Origin: an uncultured Collinsella sp.
Lineage (GTDB): Bacteria > Actinomycetota > Coriobacteriia > Coriobacteriales > Coriobacteriaceae
DNA length: 64,000 nucleotides
Direction: 5' to 3'
Assembly: GCA_902496845.1 (NCBI GenBank)
Contig: CABVCJ010000001.1
Span: 12,129-76,128, forward strand
In this document: positions 50,898 through 59,025 of the stretch, piece by piece
How the letters are laid out: the number at the start of each line of letters is the position of its first letter
Position numbering within the stretch: position 1 is the first letter of the stretch
The notes under the pieces: generated by a model
The model's database searches: none
Told to the model about the DNA's origin: nothing
What the model saw: only the letters and a program-made list of their open reading frames with translations
Translations under genes and position numbers: made by a program

Positions 50898-52136
50898 ATG
50901 GGCTGCAATCAGATTCTGGACCGCTATATCGAGCAGTTGATCGAGACCTCTACGCCGCAGGCACCGGCCTGGAACATCGAAAAGCTCCGTGCCGGCAAGG
51001 AGAACACCTGGAACTATATCGATGGCTGCATGATCAAGGCGCTCATCGAGCTGTACGAGATCACGGGTGAGCAGCGCTACCTGACCTTTGCCGACGACTA
51101 CATCGACTTTTTTGTCCAGGAAGACGGCACCATCAAGCACTACAAGCCCGAGGAGTACAACCTCGACAACGTCAACGCGGGCAAGACCCTCTATAAGCTC
51201 TACGATTTGGTGGGCAAGCCCAAATACCGCGCCGCCATGGACACCATTTACCGCCAGCTCGAGACCCAGCCGCGCACCAAAGAGGGCGTGTTTTGGCACA
51301 AGGCCGTCTATCCCAACCAGATCTGGCTCGACGGCATGTATATGGCGCAGCCGTTCTATATGCAGTACGAACTGAGCTTCCACAACCGTCGTGCCTGCTC
51401 GGACAGCTTCCATATGTTCCAGGTCGTGCATGACCTGATGCGCAACCCCCTCAACGGTCTGTACTATCACGCTTACGACGCGAGCCGCAAACAGTTCTGG
51501 TGCGACCCGGTCACCGGCCTTTCGGCTAACTTCTGGCTGCGCGCCGAGGGCTGGTTTGCCATGGCACTCATCGATACCTGGGAGCTCATGCCGCCTTCGA
51601 TGTCAGCCGAGAAGGACGAGATTCGCAAGATGTTCCACGACCTGATCGACGCCATGCTGCCGTATCAGGACGAGAAGACCGGCATGTGGCATCAGGTCAT
51701 CAACCTGCCCAATATCGCCCCCAACTACCTGGAGGAGTCGGGCAGCGCCATCTTTGCCAACGCCATCATGAAGGGCGTGCGTCTGGGCGTGCTGGGCGAG
51801 CGTTACTACCAGTACGGCCGTCGCGCCTTCGACGGCATCTGCGAGACCTGCCTGTCCGAGCATGATGGGCAGCTGGCGCTCGACAACATCTGCCTGGTTG
51901 CGGGCTTGGGAAACACCGCGCACCGCGAGGGCACGTTTGGTTACTACATGAGCGAGCCTATCGTCAAAAACGATGCGAAGGGCGTGGCGCCGCTGGTGCT
52001 TGCCTATATCGAGACCATGCATCACGACAAACTGGCCGGCAGGCATGACCCGCTTGCTCCCTCGGGCGTGTGCTCTATCGAGGACCCGTTTGGCGGATAC
52101 ACCCCGGGCATCAACGCTCATAAGGGATGTGAATAA
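50898..52136 (+). CDS. GH105 unsaturated (rhamno)galacturonyl hydrolase (YteR-like)
   Basis: WNYIDG, YNLDNVN, FWHK, QIWLDGMYMAQPF, GLYYHAYD, WLRAEGW, NYLEESGS, NDAKG. Confidence 0.92.
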   Translation: MGCNQILDRYIEQLIETSTPQAPAWNIEKLRAGKENTWNYIDGCMIKALIELYEITGEQRYLTFADDYIDFFVQEDGTIKHYKPEEYNLDNVNAGKTLYKLYDLVGKPKYRAAMDTIYRQLETQPRTKEGVFWHKAVYPNQIWLDGMYMAQPFYMQYELSFHNRRACSDSFHMFQVVHDLMRNPLNGLYYHAYDASRKQFWCDPVTGLSANFWLRAEGWFAMALIDTWELMPPSMSAEKDEIRKMFHDLIDAMLPYQDEKTGMWHQVINLPNIAPNYLEESGSAIFANAIMKGVRLGVLGERYYQYGRRAFDGICETCLSEHDGQLALDNICLVAGLGNTAHREGTFGYYMSEPIVKNDAKGVAPLVLAYIETMHHDKLAGRHDPLAPSGVCSIEDPFGGYTPGINAHKGCE

Positions 52137-52137
52137 C

Positions 52138-53043
52138 GTGGGGGCTATTACTCCGGGTGTGCGTTTGCACGACCTTCCACAGGGGACCGTCGAGGAACGC
52201 ATCCGCATGGCGGGAGAGCTGGGCTTTTCGTGCATTCAGCTGCCGAGCAAGGTGCTCTACGCATCGATGGGGATCGATCGAGGCGGCCTGACCCGCGAGC
52301 TTGCCGACCATTTGCGTGCGGTGCTCGACGAGGCGGGCGTTTCGGTCGCCGTGCTCGGCTGCTATAAGAATTTGGCGACGCCCGATCGCCAACAGCTCAT
52401 GGATAACATTGCCGAGTACGAGGCATGCCTGAACTTTGCCCAGATGCTCGGCGGATGCCCGGTTGGCACCGAGACCGGTCGCCCCAATGCGCAGAACCGC
52501 GTTGCTGACGACCGCATGACCGATGGGGCACTCGAAGCGTTTACAGACGGGCTTGCACGCGTCTGCGATCGGGCCGAGGCCGTGGGCGGGCAAATTTTGA
52601 TCGAGCCCGGTTGGAACGAGACGGTTAATACTCCGGACCGCTGCCGTGAGGTGCTGGAGCACGTCTCGAGCCCGTCGCTCGGCGTGATCTACGACCCGGT
52701 ATCGCTGCTGCACCCCAGTGTCGTTGACGAAGCGCAGGAAATCACCGCGTGCATGCTCTACTTATGCGGCAGTAAGATCCGCGTGCTGCACGCCAAGGAT
52801 TTTGAGGTCGTTGATAACGAGGACGAAGCCGGATGGTGCGACGGTACGGGTTCACGCCTGGTGTGCCACGGCGTGGGCGAGACGGGCCGCTATGACTTTG
52901 AGCCCGTGGTGGCCTGGGCTGCCGCCGCCTGTCCTGGGATTCCCTGCGTGGTCGAGAACAGCGTGCCGGCGACGGCGGCTGACTGCCTGGCGACACTCGA
53001 GCACATGTCCGCTCGCTGCGGGGCTTCGCATCGCGAGCTATAG
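52138..53043 (+). CDS. Sugar phosphate isomerase/epimerase family (xylose-isomerase-like TIM barrel)
   Basis: GVRLHD, VLGCYKNL, VGTETG, IEP, IYDPVS, HAKDF; GTG start 2 nt after the GH105 stop. Confidence 0.8.
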   Translation: MGAITPGVRLHDLPQGTVEERIRMAGELGFSCIQLPSKVLYASMGIDRGGLTRELADHLRAVLDEAGVSVAVLGCYKNLATPDRQQLMDNIAEYEACLNFAQMLGGCPVGTETGRPNAQNRVADDRMTDGALEAFTDGLARVCDRAEAVGGQILIEPGWNETVNTPDRCREVLEHVSSPSLGVIYDPVSLLHPSVVDEAQEITACMLYLCGSKIRVLHAKDFEVVDNEDEAGWCDGTGSRLVCHGVGETGRYDFEPVVAWAAAACPGIPCVVENSVPATAADCLATLEHMSARCGASHREL

Positions 53044-53146
53044 CATTGGCTTTTGCCGTGTCGGCAGATTGAGATTACCTGCATGGGGGCGGCGGTGAAG
53101 GGTCTTTATCGTCGCCCCATTGGATTGCATTAAAAAGGGGAGTTGC

Positions 53147-54364
53147 GTGGCTATCCACATTGTCGAAGAGGCGAATCGTTGCCTAGGTTGTAAAAGGGCG
53201 TTCTGTCAGATTAAGGGCTGTCCGGTGCAGACGCCCATTCCGCAGGTTATCGACCTCTTTAAGCAGCGCCGTCTGCAAGAGGCGGGCGAGCTGCTGTTCC
53301 AGAACAATCCCATGAGCGCGGTCTGCTCCATGGTGTGCAACCATTCGGGCCAGTGCGAGGGTGCTTGCATCCAGGGCCGCAAGGGCACACCCGTGCATTT
53401 CTCGAGCATCGAGAACTATATCTCGACAGCGTATTTGGATCGTAAGGAGTGGACGTCTGCGCCGTCGTGCGGCAAACAGGTTGCTGTGGTCGGTTCCGGT
53501 CCCGCCGGTATTACCGTGGCCATTAAGATGGCCCAGCTAGGCTGTGCCGTCACGGTATTTGAACAGCGCCCCGAGATCGGCGGTGTGCTGGAATACGGTA
53601 TCCCCGAGTTCCGCCTGCCCCGTGCGCTCGTGCAAAAGTACCGTCATGTGATGTGCTCGCTTGGCGTGCGCGTGCGCCCCTCGACCACCATCGGTGGCGC
53701 GCTGCATATCGACGACCTGCTGCGCGACGGCTACGATGCGGTCTTTGTTGGTACCGGTACCTGGCGTGCCCGCAAACTGGGCATTCCCGGCGAGTCGCGC
53801 GGCAACGTGCTGTTTGGTATCGATTACCTGGTCGATCCCTCGAGCGTGGCGATCGGGCAGAACGTGGCGGTCATCGGTGCCGGTAATGTGGCCATGGATG
53901 TGGCCCGCACGGCGCTGCGTTCGGGTGCTCGCAAGGTCACTGTGTATGCACGCTCGCGCCATATCTCGGCCATCGACGACGAGGTCGAGCTGACCGAGCT
54001 TGACGGTGCCGAGATTGTGTGCGGCAAGGCGATCTGCGCCATCGACGATAACGGTCCGGTGTTCGAGACGGCTATCTTTGACGAGGACAACAACGTGGTG
54101 GGCTACGAGGAGGAGCTCGACCATGCGTCTGCCGACACAGTTGTGATCGCAGCTTCGCAGGTGCCCAAAGACAAGCTTGTGCTTACAACGGGCGGCCTAG
54201 AGACCGACCATCGTGGCCTGCTTTCGGTCGATGAGAACGGTATGACCACCGTGCCTGGCGTCTTTGCCGCCGGCGACGTGGTCAACGGCCCGCTCACCGT
54301 GGTCCACGCCGTAGCTGGCGCCAAGCTTGCCGTCGAAGGCATGACTACCTATCTGGGTCTCTAA
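53147..54364 (+). CDS. GltD/SudA-like Fe-S flavoprotein oxidoreductase (short form)
   Basis: EANRCLGC...CQIKGCPV, CSMVC...CEGAC, GSGPAG, YGIPEFRLP, GAGNVAMD, FAAGD. Confidence 0.88.
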   Translation: MAIHIVEEANRCLGCKRAFCQIKGCPVQTPIPQVIDLFKQRRLQEAGELLFQNNPMSAVCSMVCNHSGQCEGACIQGRKGTPVHFSSIENYISTAYLDRKEWTSAPSCGKQVAVVGSGPAGITVAIKMAQLGCAVTVFEQRPEIGGVLEYGIPEFRLPRALVQKYRHVMCSLGVRVRPSTTIGGALHIDDLLRDGYDAVFVGTGTWRARKLGIPGESRGNVLFGIDYLVDPSSVAIGQNVAVIGAGNVAMDVARTALRSGARKVTVYARSRHISAIDDEVELTELDGAEIVCGKAICAIDDNGPVFETAIFDEDNNVVGYEEELDHASADTVVIAASQVPKDKLVLTTGGLETDHRGLLSVDENGMTTVPGVFAAGDVVNGPLTVVHAVAGAKLAVEGMTTYLGL

Positions 54365-54380
54365 CACATCCCGCCCATCG

Positions 54381-54445
54381 GTTGCGGTGAAATACGGACT
54401 GTTTTGGCTGTCAAAGGTCTTATCTACTCCGTATTCCACCGCAAC
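54381..54445. repeat. 65-bp palindromic repeat, copy 1
   Basis: GTTGCGGTGAAATACGGA...TCCGTATTCCACCGCAAC; related to 57301-57364. Confidence 0.75.
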
Positions 54446-54563
54446 TTTTTGTGGGGATTGGATTAAAGGCGGGGGAGTGCGAGCGGGGACGGACGCGGCG
54501 GTTGCTGATACGATAAGTACGTTAGCAACTGCCGCCGAGCGGCTCAAACGAAAGGAAGCCTGT

Positions 54564-56513
54564 ATGGAGTCCTCTGCCTACCCGATGCTCTTTAGCCCGA
54601 TCAAGGTCGGTACAACCGAGGTCAAGAACCGCGTCTTTATGCCGCCGGTGTCCACCAACCTGGCCGATCATGGCTATGTGACCGACGACTTGGTCGATCA
54701 TTACCGTGCCCGCGCCAAGGGCGGCGTGGGCCTCATCATCACCGAGGTCGTGACGGTCGAGCCTACCTATACCTATCTGCCGGGTGACATGTGCTGCTAC
54801 GACGACACGTTTATCCCCGGCTGGGAAAAGCTCGCCGCAGCCGTCCACGAGTACGGCTGCAAGATCATGCCGCAGCTCTTCCACCCCGCCTACATGGCCT
54901 TTAACATTCCGGGCACGCCGCGCCTGATCGCTCCGTCCTTCGTGGGACCGTCCTATGCCCGTGAGGCACCGCGTCCTATCACGGTCGACGAGATTCACGA
55001 GCTCACGCATCAGTTTGGCGACGCTGCCGTGCGTATGCAGAAGGCCGGTGTCGATGGCGTCGAGGTCCATGCGGCGCACGCCCACGGCATGCTCGGCGGT
55101 TTCTTGACCCCGCTCTATAACAAGCGTACCGATGAGTACGGCGGCTCGCTCGACGCCCGCATGCGCTTTTTGCTCGAGGTCATCGCCGAGATTCGCGAGC
55201 GCTGCGGCAAGGACTTTATCATCGACGTCCGCATCTCGGGCGATGAGTACACCGATGGCGGTCTGACCCTCAACGACATGATCTACGTCTCGCGTCGCCT
55301 GGAGAAGGCCGGCGTCGACATGATTCATGTGTCGGGCGGCACCACCATCAAGCGCGGTTCCGCGATTCCTGCCGCCGGTACCCAGCAGGCCTCGCACGCC
55401 GCCTGTTCGCGCGAGATCAAGAAGCACGTCAACATTCCCGTCGCCACCGTCGGACGTATCAACGAGGCCTGGATCGCCGAGGAGCTGATCGAGGACGGCG
55501 CTGCCGACATCTGCATGATGGGCCGCGCCAATCTGTGCGATGCCGAGTTCTGCAATAAGGCCGCTGCCGGCAACGCCGACGACATCCGCCCCTGCATCGG
55601 CTGCCTGCGCTGCCTGAACGGCATTATGTTTGGCAAGCGCATCTCCTGCACCGTCAATCCCGATGTTGAGCGCGACGAGGCCGGCTACGAGCCTGCCGCC
55701 GAGGCTAAGAACGTGCTGGTTGTGGGCGCTGGTCCTGCGGGCATGGAGGCAGCCTACATTGCTGCCAAGCGCGGCCACAACGTAGTGCTCGTGGATAAGC
55801 AGGACGAGCCGGGTGGCGAGATGCGCATCGCGGCCGTTCCGCCGGCAAAGCAGGAACTCACCCGCGTGATCAAGTATCAGTACCGTCGCCTGGCCGAGGC
55901 CGGCGTCACATGCGTATTTGGCACCGAGCTTACTGCCGAGGACATTCAGCGTGACTACGCCGGCTACGAGGTCGTCCTGGCCTATGGCGCCGAGCCCATC
56001 GCCCCGGCCTTCATGCAGGGATTTAAGCAGGTCATGACGGCTGACGACCTGTTGGGCGGCAAGGCTTTCCCGGGTAAGAAGATCGTCATCGTGGGCGGCG
56101 GCACCGTCGGCTGCGAGACGGCCGACTACCTGGCCCCGCTGGTCAACGACCTGTCGCCGGCCAATCGCGATGTCACCGTTATCGAGATGACCAAGACGCT
56201 CGCTGCCAACGAGGGCGGTGCCGGTCGCGCGGTGCTCATCACGCGCATGCTCTCCAAGGGCGTCCACGTGCTGACCGAGGCCAAGGTGACCGAGATCACC
56301 GAGGACACCATCAGTTACGAAAAGGACGGCGAGGTCCACACCATCACCGGTGCCGATACGCTGGTGCTTGCCATGGGCTATCGTTCCAATACCAAGCTGG
56401 CCGACGACCTTGCCGCTGCCGGTGTTGCCACCCACGTGCTGGGCGACGCCAACAAGTGCGGCAACATTCGCGACGCCATCGGCGATGGCTATAAGGTTGC
56501 CTGCGAGCTCTAG
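54564..56513 (+). CDS. Multidomain Old Yellow Enzyme-family Fe-S flavin ene-reductase (FadH/BaiCD-like architecture)
   Basis: KNRVFMPP, RAKGGVG, EVHAAHAHG, NKRTDEYGGS, CIGCLRC...C cluster, GAGPAG and GGGTVG dinucleotide folds. Confidence 0.9.
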   Translation: MESSAYPMLFSPIKVGTTEVKNRVFMPPVSTNLADHGYVTDDLVDHYRARAKGGVGLIITEVVTVEPTYTYLPGDMCCYDDTFIPGWEKLAAAVHEYGCKIMPQLFHPAYMAFNIPGTPRLIAPSFVGPSYAREAPRPITVDEIHELTHQFGDAAVRMQKAGVDGVEVHAAHAHGMLGGFLTPLYNKRTDEYGGSLDARMRFLLEVIAEIRERCGKDFIIDVRISGDEYTDGGLTLNDMIYVSRRLEKAGVDMIHVSGGTTIKRGSAIPAAGTQQASHAACSREIKKHVNIPVATVGRINEAWIAEELIEDGAADICMMGRANLCDAEFCNKAAAGNADDIRPCIGCLRCLNGIMFGKRISCTVNPDVERDEAGYEPAAEAKNVLVVGAGPAGMEAAYIAAKRGHNVVLVDKQDEPGGEMRIAAVPPAKQELTRVIKYQYRRLAEAGVTCVFGTELTAEDIQRDYAGYEVVLAYGAEPIAPAFMQGFKQVMTADDLLGGKAFPGKKIVIVGGGTVGCETADYLAPLVNDLSPANRDVTVIEMTKTLAANEGGAGRAVLITRMLSKGVHVLTEAKVTEITEDTISYEKDGEVHTITGADTLVLAMGYRSNTKLADDLAAAGVATHVLGDANKCGNIRDAIGDGYKVACEL

Positions 56514-56633
56514 TCAACTCCTTGATGCATGGGGGACCTGTCTCCGTGGCGTCAGTCGGTAAATAGCAAAAAGCGACGGCCGTCCCGTACGTGGGACGAC
56601 CGCCGCTTGCGTTAGCTGCAATGAGTCGTGCGA

Positions 56634-57275
56634 TTAGAGCCCCAGGATCTCCTTGACCTTGGCGATGATGGTCTCATCGGTGGCGTTGGCAAAGAAGTAC
56701 TCCTGGAAGTGCTCGCCAGCCAGGGCGCCGCGGACCAGGTCCTGATCGATCTCGCCCAGGACGTCGACGAGCGGACGCATAGTCACAGCGCGCACGCCGT
56801 CGAGGATCTTCTTGTTGCGCTGCTCGGGCTCAACACGCTCGGCAGGATAGCCGTTGCCCGAACCAAAGCCAAAGAGCTTCTCAAAGGTGTACTCGAGGTT
56901 GAGCTCCTGGCCCCAGCCGTTCTTGAGGGCGAAGGGCATGGCGACAGCGTTACCGTCGTTGACCTGGGCAAAGGTGTAGGCATCGAGCGGGTCGGCAACA
57001 TGGCCGCACAGCACGCCGGGGAAGGAGTTGCAGGCGAGCATGGCGCCCTCGCCGGTGCCACAGCCGGTCACGACGTAGTCGGCAGCGCCGGAGTTGAGCA
57101 GCACGGCGGCCAGGATGCCGTTCTGCACATAGGTGAGGGGCTTGGAGTCGGCGTCGGCATACATGCCATAGTTAAAGACGGTGTGGCCCATGGGCTCGAC
57201 AACCTTCTTAAGGGCAGCCTCGATCATAGGGTTCTTGGAGTTCTGAGAGTTTTCGTTGATCAGAGCGATTTTCAT
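56634..57275 (-). CDS. RpiB-family isomerase, DhuI-like (4-deoxy-5-hexosulose-uronate ketol-isomerase)
   Basis: MKIALINENSQ, NYGM, TGCGTGEGAMLACNSFPG, GNGYPAER; adjacent to an SDR in a uronate locus. Confidence 0.78.
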   Translation of the reverse strand: MKIALINENSQNSKNPMIEAALKKVVEPMGHTVFNYGMYADADSKPLTYVQNGILAAVLLNSGAADYVVTGCGTGEGAMLACNSFPGVLCGHVADPLDAYTFAQVNDGNAVAMPFALKNGWGQELNLEYTFEKLFGFGSGNGYPAERVEPEQRNKKILDGVRAVTMRPLVDVLGEIDQDLVRGALAGEHFQEYFFANATDETIIAKVKEILGL

Positions 57276-57300
57276 TGCGAATTACCTTCCTATTTCTAAC

Positions 57301-57364
57301 TTGCGGTGGAATACGGACTGTTTTGCCTGATAGAAGCCAAAACCAATCCTTATCTCACCGCAAC
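57301..57364. repeat. 65-bp palindromic repeat, copy 2
   Basis: TTGCGGTGGAATACGGACTGTTTTG...TCCTTATCTCACCGCAAC. Confidence 0.72.
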
Positions 57365-57415
57365 TCAAATGAAAAACGAGTGGATGAAACCTGATGTGGG
57401 CAGTTGCGGTGACGC

Positions 57416-58225
57416 TTATTGAGGCTGCTTTCCAATGTATGCGAGGATGCCGCCGTCGACGTAGAGGATGTGGCCGTTGACGAAGTTCGACGCGTCGGAA
57501 GCCAAGAACACGGCGGGGCCCTTCAGATCCTCGGGCGTGCCCCAACGGGCGGCCGGCGTCTTGGCAATGATGAACTGGTCAAACGGGTGGCGGCTGCCGT
57601 CGGGCTGCGTCTCGCGCAGCGGTGCGGTCTGCGGCGTGGCGATGTAGCCGGGTCCAATGCCGTTGCACTGGATATTGGCCTCGCCAAACTCCGAGCAGAT
57701 GTTCTTGGTGAGCATCTTGAGTCCGCCCTTGGCCGCGGCATAGCCGGCGATGGTCTCGCGGCCCAGCTCGCTCATCATCGAGCAGATGTTGATGATCTTG
57801 CCGTGGCCCTTGGCGATCATGCCGGGCAGGCAGGCCTTGGACACGATAAACGGTGCGTTGAGGTCAATATCGACGACGCGGCGGAAGTCCTCGGCGCTCA
57901 TGTCGAGCATCGGGGTACGCTGGATGACGCCGGCGTTGTTGACCAGGATGTCGGGCGTGGTGCCAAAGTCGGCCTCGATCTTGGCGATGAGCTCGGCGAC
58001 GACAGTCTCGTCGGTGACGTCGGCAACATAGCCGTGAGCGTCAAAGCCCAGCTCACGGTAGTGCTTCTCGGCTTCGGCGACTTTGTCGGCGTGACGGGCG
58101 TTAAAGGCGATCTTGGCGCCGGCCTCTCCGAGCGCCTCGGCGATAGCCATGCCAATGCCATAGGTGGCGCCGGTTACCAGTGCGACCTTGCCGTCCAGAC
58201 GGAAGCTGTCCATAAGATCAGACAT
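57416..58225 (-). CDS. SDR, gluconate 5-dehydrogenase family (DhuD/KduD-like DKII reductase)
   Basis: TGATYGIG, NNAG, CSMMSELGRE, YAAAKGG, GPGYIATPQT. Confidence 0.88.
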   Translation of the reverse strand: MSDLMDSFRLDGKVALVTGATYGIGMAIAEALGEAGAKIAFNARHADKVAEAEKHYRELGFDAHGYVADVTDETVVAELIAKIEADFGTTPDILVNNAGVIQRTPMLDMSAEDFRRVVDIDLNAPFIVSKACLPGMIAKGHGKIINICSMMSELGRETIAGYAAAKGGLKMLTKNICSEFGEANIQCNGIGPGYIATPQTAPLRETQPDGSRHPFDQFIIAKTPAARWGTPEDLKGPAVFLASDASNFVNGHILYVDGGILAYIGKQPQ

Positions 58226-58329
58226 AGCGATCCTTTCAAAAGAAACGTTCATCTATATAAGTCTTGCTTTTCATACAAGGTCAGTATAGGAGAAGAGGAG
58301 GATTTAAAAATCAGATTCTCCTAAAATCA

Positions 58330-58343
58330 GGTGAACGTTCACT
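58330..58343. promoter_or_regulatory. Operator copy upstream of the SDR/isomerase operon
   Basis: GGTGAACGTTCACT; weaker AAGAAACGTTCATC at 58240. Confidence 0.78.
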
Positions 58344-58385
58344 TTTAAAAGGTAAACGGTGATCTCGCCCTTGCCGCACGGACGT

Positions 58386-58764
58386 TTATTCGCCCTGTTC
58401 CTGCGTGCCCTCTGCGATCATGTTGCGGTTGTACACCAGATGCAGGTACATCGCGTCGTGCGCCGCGGTGGGATTGCGCGAGGCGATGGCGTCGGCCACA
58501 TCGCGGTGCGTGCGGATAGTTTCCTCGACGAGCTTTTTGCCGGTCACGTCGATAAAGAGGGGGACGGATGCCTTGAGCACGCCCATCAGGCGGGGAACGA
58601 CGAGGTTTCCGGAGCTCTCGGCAATGGCATTGTGGAACGCGGTGTCGGCGGCGGAGTAATCCTCACCGGCCTCGGCCAGGCGCTCGGATTCGTCGCAGAG
58701 CTCTTTGATACAGACGACCTGGTCGTTGGTTGCGTGCTCGGCCGCCATGCGCGCCATCTGCGGC
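58386..58764 (-). pseudogene. 3' remnant of a GntR/FadR regulator (FCD domain only)
   Basis: PQMARMAAEHAT, ADTAFHNAIAESSGN, HRDVADAIASRNPTAAHDAMYLHL; HTH missing. Confidence 0.82.
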
Positions 58765-58926
58765 GGCGCCACGGCGCTCTCGCACGTCAACGATGCCGGT
58801 TTTTGGATGTGCTCCTCGTTCCTGGAGATTGACGAGAAGACCACCCTCAAGTCCTGGACCGTTATGGAGACGCTCATCGGCCTTTCGGGTCTTGCCTGCG
58901 CCTTGGTGATTTCGTTCTTCGCCTAG
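58753..58926 (+). pseudogene. 3' remnant of a GntP family permease
   Basis: GGATALSHVNDAGFW...TTLKSWTVMETLIG is the GntP C-terminal signature. Confidence 0.85.
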
Positions 58927-59025
58927 TCGGGCATCTTTTGCCGAGCACATCGCTCGGCAGCCACCTACACCAGATTTATTCACCAACGATTGGTACAACC
59001 GTTCAATCCAAAAGAGGAGAACATC

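Noticed and set aside
54564..56513. Calling this gene bilR, baiCD or baiH
   Set aside because: It lacks the HGDR motif and there is no bai operon context; only the family is supportable.
58386..58877. 163-aa ORF as an intact gene
   Set aside because: Its N-terminal part is the antisense of the GntP remnant; it is a chimera created by the deletion.
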